Virus record (IMG/VR): IMGVR_UViG_3300030202_001666 | Span: 393 to 64,392 of that record | Length of the DNA: 64,000 bases | Source of the DNA: a virus | Lineage: Duplodnaviria; Caudoviricetes | Direction: 5' to 3' (one strand) | Part shown: one piece after another, positions 58,301 to 64,000 of the stretch | Layout: every line of letters begins with the position of its first letter | Position numbering within the stretch: position 1 is the first letter of the stretch | Notes under the pieces: generated by a model | What the model was told of the DNA's origin: nothing | Databases searched by the model: none | The model's input: only the letters and a program-made list of their open reading frames with translations | Program-made: the position numbers and the translations under genes

Positions 58301-61300
58301 TCTATTTCGTTTTGACTAATCTCTTTTGGTAACTGTATTGTTCCTTTTCTTCCTTTCTTACCAGGCACATAACCTATTATATTTTCCTGAATAGAATTAA
58401 TTCTATCTTTAATTGCTTTAGTAATACTTGTTCCTTTTAATCTACCAGATTGTACAGTCTCGTAACTTCTATTTAATATATCTAATATATTATTATTCAA
58501 TTGTTTATTAGTAATTGTAGTTGCTACATCTGTAACCTCCTTAACAACTGCTTCAAAATTTTCTTCAGTGACCGCATTGATTTTATCTATCAGTGCAATG
58601 ACTTGGCTTTTTGTGTAAAGTTCTCTTGGTATAACACTTCGAATATATTGTCTAAGTTTTCTTTGAATTCTTTTACCTTCTTTTTGACTCCACTTCATCT
58701 CTCTGATATTCTTATTTAAATTTAAAATACGTTGTCCATTTCTGGCAGATGTATCTGGAGATAAATAATTAAGCAAATCTACTTCAAGTGCTTGTTGTTG
58801 TGCAGTCTTTCTTGAGCCCTTTGTTCCTAAGTTTTTATACTCTGGAGTAGTGTACATAAACTCTATAGTTTCATTGACTAAATCCTCATTACTTTTTTTA
58901 TTTTTTCTTTTTCTATTGTTAGCTTTTACCAACTTCTTATAGTGATCATTCAATTTATTTATAAATGCTACACCTTTTTTTAAACCACCTTCTACGTTTG
59001 CAAAACTTTTAGGAAATATATTAAACAAATCAGTGTCAAACTTCAATGCGTCTGCAATTTCTTTAGCCTTGAATCCTCTTCTTCTTAAATAATATTTTAT
59101 AGCAGAGTCTTTGAAACCAGCTTCTCTTCCTCTCATTACAATATCCATTGCTTCATTTTCTGCATCCATCTTTTGGAATTTACCTCTTCTTGATGGATCT
59201 TTAGGCTTCAACATTCCACCTCTTGGTTTCAATACATATACACCGCCACCTTGTCCGTACTGATTTACTTTTGCTCTCTTAACTTTATAACCAGGAGATA
59301 TAGCATCAAACTCTTTCTGTAAGTATCTCATATCAGCAAACTTACTATAGAACCCATTGACATCCATTTGTGTTTGTTCTAAGAGCTGATCTATTGTTTT
59401 TTGTTCTTTACCCTTTCTTGTTTCGGTTTGTGGCTTAGACTTCTTCTTTTGACTTTCTATGTTTCTTATACCACTACCGTATGGAGCTATAACTTGTGAT
59501 GCTTGAGCACCCATTAATACTTTTCCATACTTAGCTTTCATTGATGCAGGTAGTAAAAAGTATGCGTTCACTAATTTATTTGGAACACCAACTACCTCAC
59601 CTAATATATCATTTGTATATGTTGAATGATTAGATTGTTGACCTGCTCCTGTTGGTTTTAGAACCAACATAATATCATTCATTTTAAAATTATTGTCTTT
59701 GTAGAAACCGTCACGTAAAGATTCTAAATCTACAAAAGCATCTGAGTCTTTAAGTAATTTATGTAGTTCAGTGTTAGGTGTTTGCTCTGAAGCAACAATA
59801 CCAGCTAAGAATTGTTTTCTAACTTTGTTTGATTTTGCATTTCTTATTGCATCCCAACTATCATACTTAGCTAAAGTTTCTCTAATAACTTTGAGTGGAG
59901 GTTTAGCAAAGTTGCTTACACTATTTTTAAATTCTTCAAAACTTCCTAACTTAGAAATAAATAAATCATAAACTTTTTTATTAGCTAACTTACTTGCAGT
60001 AGGCGAACCACTCACTATAAATATATAGTCAGCTTCTTCTGAGTTCTTTGCTAATGCAGACTCACTCATACCACTTGCCCAAATAATATTCTTTTGTTGA
60101 TGTTCTGGAACAAAAGCATAGCTTGGTCCTCCATCTATTGAGACTCCATCTACTGTTCCTATGCCTAACTGATCAGCCATCCAGAACCATACCTTTTGTT
60201 TTTTCTTAGCTATGTCTTCAATTAAAGCATCGATATCTAATTCACTTGCTGGAGTAATTAATGAATTAGAATATGTTCCATCGAAACTAACCTTTTGTTC
60301 TTTACCTTCTTTTCTTTCATCAACTATTGTAGTTGGATTACCGATCGGTGATGTCCCCATCTCATCCATTTCAGCATTTATATCTTCAATTATTTGAACA
60401 TCTTCTTGTAATATCTCTTCACCTCTTCTTAGTTTTCCAGCTACTGTATTTAAGAAATCTATTACTGCTTCATCTGATTTACTAAGTTGTTCAGAGAATG
60501 GACTTGGTACTCCAATTCTATTTAAGAATCTATTGATTAAATCAATTACTTTATTTTTAGTTGGCTTTGTTAACGTCTTATATTCAGAAGCTAATATTCC
60601 AAACAGTTCTGAAACTGCTTCTTCGTTTTGCTCTTCGCTTTCATACTGTTGAGTAAAAGAATTTATTCTTTGTTGTAAGTTTCCTTCCTTTGGAAGTACT
60701 TTATTTAAACTAACTAACATTCTACCAAACACTTTATTTGCTGCGGCATCAGTCTTTATTAACTGATTAGCCATTGCGTGTACAGCCTCATGAAAAGGAG
60801 TAGACTTAGAAGCTGTTTGCATGTTTATATGTATGGTTTCCGTATCTGGATTAAAATAACCACGTCCCTCTTTACCTGTGGTTTTTTTAAATAACTCTGA
60901 GTTATCATGAATTACTATTCTAACTTTAGGAAATAATTTATTTATTGCACTTGCAGCTTTCTTTGCGTTTTTAATTATTGTAGTTTGCAAATTAGCATCC
61001 ACATCGGATACTTGCTTTCCTTTATTTCTACTTATGTTAGGGGAAATAATTTCATTAGTGTCTTGCGTTTCATCAAAGAAGGCATCTATATCTTCTTTGG
61101 TTTCTTGACTTACTTCCTCTTGCGTTTCATCCTGGACTTCAGGTGACTCGGTTTGCGTGTCGATCCCTTCCGTACTTTGTTGGGAAGATTCAGATTCGGA
61201 TACGCTTTCTCCCACCTGGCTGCCACTTTCGGTAGATTCTTGTGCATCCACTTTCGTTGTGCTTGACTTTTGAAGGGCATCTTGTTTTATTTTAATTTGT

Positions 61301-64000
61301 TCTGGGGTGGGATTTTCCACACCCTCTTTTTTAAGCTCATTTATTGCATCCTCTTCGGTTACCATTTGTGGTATACCTTCTTGCTCTCTTTTTAGGTTAG
61401 CTTGGTTCTGAGCTTGTTTACTTCCAATCTCACCTAATTGCATTTTAATTATCTCTAACTCTGTTTGTTTTTCTTTATAAGAACCAAGGTCCTTATCCAT
61501 CCCATCCATTTCAGTTTCTAATCTTTTCTTTCTAAAGATTAACTGAAGAGCTTCTTTCTTTTGAGATTTACTCAAATCAGTAGCCATATCTAAATCCATA
61601 GAAGCTGAACGTAAAACATTAAATTGTTCTAATTTACTTTTAGCTTCTGCCTTACTCATTTCACCTTGAGCTACTGCTAAATCTAATTTAGTTTTGTAAC
61701 CCTCGACAAATGTGTCGTCATTCTTCATTGAGTCAAACAACTCTATCATTTCATCATCGATGATTATAGAATTATCTTTTCCATAAATACCATTAATTAT
61801 ACCACCAGGAGTTGCTAAAGCAAAACCACCTACTGCTTCGGCAGCAGCAGCGTGTCCTAATTGTTTGAAATATTCAGCAGACCAACGATCTGGATTCTTA
61901 AACATCTCTTTACCTTTAATGGCGTTGTAAATATTTTTTCCTTCTATATCTGTAAGTTCTTGCAAGAATCCAGTCTCAGCTTCGGCAAGAGCCGCGGGTA
62001 CAACAGCACTACCAAATCTATAAACACCAGACTGTCCAACTGCTCTTGTCATTTTATTGTCCATTATATTTACTACAGCTCTTCTAAACATCGCTGGAGT
62101 TGCTCCTTTAGGTAGTTTAGCTAATGCTTGTGTAGTAATACTTTGAATGAACTGCGTACCAGATGTTCCAGAAAGTAAATTTCTAAAACCTAAAGTTTCT
62201 AAGATACCAGATGTTATTGCTAATGGTAATACTATTGCTTTCTTTTCTCCTTCAGTTACCCATTCAAACTCTGGATTAGCTTCCATTTGTTCGTTAAGTT
62301 TATCTGCATGTAGTAAAGACATTGCTATTAAAGATGATTGGCGGTATCCGTCTGTAGCCCAGTTCTTAATTGACTGACCTATTCTTTGAAACATCTTTTT
62401 GTCTTTATTAGAAACCTTGACCTTGCCTTTTCTTTTTATTGCTTGATATATCATAGGTATCAAAGCTGGAAGGGATTCAGCAGCTCCATAAAGTCCAGTA
62501 GCTATAATACTGTCATCCATTTGTGCTTGTATACGTTCTTCGCTAACGCCAGCGCCAATTAAGTTTTGTAAACGATCCCTTGACTTAGATTTTAAATCTT
62601 TTTTTCTTGCTTTTATTTTTTGATCTCCTACTAAAGAATCTATTTCTTCAAAAACATTTAACGCACCAAATACCCTTGGAGCATCTACCCAACCATCTTC
62701 TTCTATACTCCACACTTGTGGTTCATTGTATTTTACTCTTGGTTGATCTATTCCTAATATAGAAGACGAGCCATAATCATACCTAACACCTTTACTTATA
62801 TCATAAACACCTTTAGGAAGTTTACTTAAACGTGTATCATTTTTTGATACCACATGTCTATCAAATATATTGCCTTGTAATTGATTTTCTAAAGCATATT
62901 TTTGGGCTTCTTCCATTGTAGTAAAAACAAAATCACCTTCTTCTTCTCTACTTTTTTTTCTTTCTTCTTTTATTTTTAAAGTTTCTAACCATTGTGCAAA
63001 TCCCTCTTCACTTTCTTTAGCATAATCTGGAACATCAATTCCTTTATAACCTTCATAAACTCTGATAAACTCAAGTCTATATTCTTCATCAGTCATACCG
63101 TAATCATTACCAGAAAAACCTTGAGCCAGTTTGTAAAAAGCCTCTATTCCTGTTCCTCCTAAAGTGCTTATAGCAGAATCAAAATATCCTATAAACTTAT
63201 CATACATACCACCAACAAAAGTACCTACTGCTGTTCCTTCATTTTGTTTGAAACGAAGATGGTTTCCCACTGCAATATCTACATCTTTAGCGTTGTCAGA
63301 AAAAGTTTTATACTCATCAGTTAGTTTATTCTCAAGTTGTTTTAAATATCTACCCTCTTCAATCTCAGCTTGGTATGCTGCTTGAAATTCTGGATCATCA
63401 TAATAACTCGAAGGAGCATTAGAAAACTTTAACATATTTTGTTCGTGCTTTTGTTTACGTTCAAAAAATGCTTTTTGTCTTCTGACTAAATCGGCAGAGC
63501 TTTTTCTAATTAAATTAATATCATTGATACGTGCTTGAGAACTAAAGTATTTTTTTTTAGAAGCATCGTATTGTTCTGACATCCTCTGCATGATAGAAGA
63601 GTCTTGGTTCTTTCTAATAAAATCTCTTAGGGCTCTTGCCTCTTGTGAGTTGTCTGCAACAATCCATGAGTCTATTGCAAACTCTTCAGTAGCTCCATTG
63701 GGAGCTGTAACTGTTACATTATCAAACACACCAGATTCTTCAAATGTAAAACCATAATCATTGAAGTGATAGTTTAATCTATCTACAACTGGCTCTTCAT
63801 CACGTGTAAATAAATCTCTATTTACAAAAGCCAATGAACGTTCAAATGGAGTAGCATCTTCATCGTAAGTTATTTGAGATGGTGTAACACCAGATTCTTT
63901 TTCATCGTATTGGACATCCTCCGTTATGGTTTCAACACCTTCTTGTGGTGTTATGTCTGAAGTTATTTCTTCATCATCTGTAACAGCTAAACCTCCAAGT
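55381..64000 (-). CDS. giant internal virion/polyvalent protein, 5'-truncated by the window edge
   Basis: more than 2870 aa; frame stays open from 63834 to 64000 (LGGLAVTDDEE...FERSLAFVN); HExxH motif PFHEAVH near 60778-60792. Confidence 0.75.
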   Translation of the reverse strand, partial: LGGLAVTDDEEITSDITPQEGVETITEDVQYDEKESGVTPSQITYDEDATPFERSLAFVNRDLFTRDEEPVVDRLNYHFNDYGFTFEESGVFDNVTVTAPNGATEEFAIDSWIVADNSQEARALRDFIRKNQDSSIMQRMSEQYDASKKKYFSSQARINDINLIRKSSADLVRRQKAFFERKQKHEQNMLKFSNAPSSYYDDPEFQAAYQAEIEEGRYLKQLENKLTDEYKTFSDNAKDVDIAVGNHLRFKQNEGTAVGTFVGGMYDKFIGYFDSAISTLGGTGIEAFYKLAQGFSGNDYGMTDEEYRLEFIRVYEGYKGIDVPDYAKESEEGFAQWLETLKIKEERKKSREEEGDFVFTTMEEAQKYALENQLQGNIFDRHVVSKNDTRLSKLPKGVYDISKGVRYDYGSSSILGIDQPRVKYNEPQVWSIEEDGWVDAPRVFGALNVFEEIDSLVGDQKIKARKKDLKSKSRDRLQNLIGAGVSEERIQAQMDDSIIATGLYGAAESLPALIPMIYQAIKRKGKVKVSNKDKKMFQRIGQSIKNWATDGYRQSSLIAMSLLHADKLNEQMEANPEFEWVTEGEKKAIVLPLAITSGILETLGFRNLLSGTSGTQFIQSITTQALAKLPKGATPAMFRRAVVNIMDNKMTRAVGQSGVYRFGSAVVPAALAEAETGFLQELTDIEGKNIYNAIKGKEMFKNPDRWSAEYFKQLGHAAAAEAVGGFALATPGGIINGIYGKDNSIIIDDEMIELFDSMKNDDTFVEGYKTKLDLAVAQGEMSKAEAKSKLEQFNVLRSASMDLDMATDLSKSQKKEALQLIFRKKRLETEMDGMDKDLGSYKEKQTELEIIKMQLGEIGSKQAQNQANLKREQEGIPQMVTEEDAINELKKEGVENPTPEQIKIKQDALQKSSTTKVDAQESTESGSQVGESVSESESSQQSTEGIDTQTESPEVQDETQEEVSQETKEDIDAFFDETQDTNEIISPNISRNKGKQVSDVDANLQTTIIKNAKKAASAINKLFPKVRIVIHDNSELFKKTTGKEGRGYFNPDTETIHINMQTASKSTPFHEAVHAMANQLIKTDAAANKVFGRMLVSLNKVLPKEGNLQQRINSFTQQYESEEQNEEAVSELFGILASEYKTLTKPTKNKVIDLINRFLNRIGVPSPFSEQLSKSDEAVIDFLNTVAGKLRRGEEILQEDVQIIEDINAEMDEMGTSPIGNPTTIVDERKEGKEQKVSFDGTYSNSLITPASELDIDALIEDIAKKKQKVWFWMADQLGIGTVDGVSIDGGPSYAFVPEHQQKNIIWASGMSESALAKNSEEADYIFIVSGSPTASKLANKKVYDLFISKLGSFEEFKNSVSNFAKPPLKVIRETLAKYDSWDAIRNAKSNKVRKQFLAGIVASEQTPNTELHKLLKDSDAFVDLESLRDGFYKDNNFKMNDIMLVLKPTGAGQQSNHSTYTNDILGEVVGVPNKLVNAYFLLPASMKAKYGKVLMGAQASQVIAPYGSGIRNIESQKKKSKPQTETRKGKEQKTIDQLLEQTQMDVNGFYSKFADMRYLQKEFDAISPGYKVKRAKVNQYGQGGGVYVLKPRGGMLKPKDPSRRGKFQKMDAENEAMDIVMRGREAGFKDSAIKYYLRRRGFKAKEIADALKFDTDLFNIFPKSFANVEGGLKKGVAFINKLNDHYKKLVKANNRKRKNKKSNEDLVNETIEFMYTTPEYKNLGTKGSRKTAQQQALEVDLLNYLSPDTSARNGQRILNLNKNIREMKWSQKEGKRIQRKLRQYIRSVIPRELYTKSQVIALIDKINAVTEENFEAVVKEVTDVATTITNKQLNNNILDILNRSYETVQSGRLKGTSITKAIKDRINSIQENIIGYVPGKKGRKGTIQLPKEISQNEIDEVNSKLLAKIEALEKETISIGGVKTEVNRTLTPEEAQEVADLGMAVAYNNTLSMEQNNGKKTNAYEQILFGLSQLQSMGITGLQLELLRDSTKYMNNTLKMLKEMGVSIDPEQELKDEGVTNITQGDILAKFRELKNKIKIDATRGKIKPISVTKRLALGVKENIKAAERYVFGSAEDLAGLMDRISLSTGELFGGFSQEMVSNEIRKASRIYKGRMLRHELGFSMKMTELYGKRWTKFNRRNSNVTEAIVISQAKQDILEKEEARVKADKTMESGEKEVLLNAIYKEMNENTKMLSQNEILYFRNQGLDPSLEGSFEATFEPTNFSGVLAYLNQEFKKTKDNKFGNKGEYASRIKAELEEKLDDKLVTLGDWMVQEFYPAQYEHYNKTYQKVYRADMPWNQYYAGRLYRDGEDITGVDLLASSENKTWITNVSAASTKFRQENISPIRQTNAVDALLNYTRDMEYFAAYAIPIRDINKVFSDSAVKEVIAERFGNNINKYINDQITKIANKGAKNQKDAGFINFFNNTFLLSRLGFNPTLILKQMTSFVTYGNDIGYDNWIKYAAMNPTEWKADLREIMDNSVVLQDRYGKPITRVIETYQDRNFKEMDAQNNIVQKVFNREVQNQFVNTLMSFTMLGDKGAIMLGGLPNYRFYKAQYLSENENATEQDAIDYAIKRFEQDTLRTQQSYDLQDKDYFQTGNVYQRAFNMFLTTPKQYLRREIIAARNFYRKLRSGNKQGKGTYWQNLRTLMVYHFIMPTLFRYVSLGAPGLLRDRRDDDKEELVLAGFMGNLNALFIIGDLLNIAKDTATGKYWAATPSSLPVIEQAANMSRLYSQANKTKDPIKKQEYTTRFYLELTTLTGIPGPQLKRLLDNYMALAEGPEDMGDAILKLFSFSDYIQSGPQQRTKKPKSPNLTRRELQRYFPEEYDQMLREEQQYELEYADEIREAEEEQERLEREYRKEMDEYYFNQ

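Noticed and set aside
55381-64000. Virion RNA polymerase as in crAssviruses
   Set aside because: No DxDxD-type catalytic motif recognised in the visible part; cannot be fully excluded without a profile search
1-64000. tRNA genes or stop-codon reassignment
   Set aside because: No cloverleaf or T-loop consensus noticed in intergenic gaps; long genes are intact under the standard code and some genes end in TAG or TGA

Overview
Almost the whole genome of an AT-rich tailed dsDNA phage with crAss-like/podovirus-type virion genes. The host is probably a Bacteroidota (Flavobacteriia-like) bacterium, judged from TAnnTTTG promoters and SD-less, A-rich translation starts. Minus strand, 1-39.9 kb: late genes for internal virion proteins, a split tail stabilisation protein, ring proteins, major capsid, scaffold, portal, terminase, tail fibres, holin, M15 endolysin, an exported protein trio, about 16 tiny Lys/Arg-rich proteins and phage GroEL/GroES. 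Plus strand, 40.4-55.1 kb: early and replication genes (two C5 methyltransferases, Sak-like SSAP, exonuclease, SSB-like protein, primase-helicase, SNF2-like helicase, VRR-NUC, metallophosphoesterase). Minus strand, 55.4-64 kb: a giant virion protein that runs off the window end. The main signals outside the ORF track are two type I hammerhead ribozymes bracketing a single early ORF, further repeated structured RNA elements, an out-of-frame beta-subunit-like gene nested in the large C5 MTase, a duplicated origin-like element, and the basic microprotein array around the lysis genes. All calls come from reading the sequence and recalling family motifs; no searches were run.
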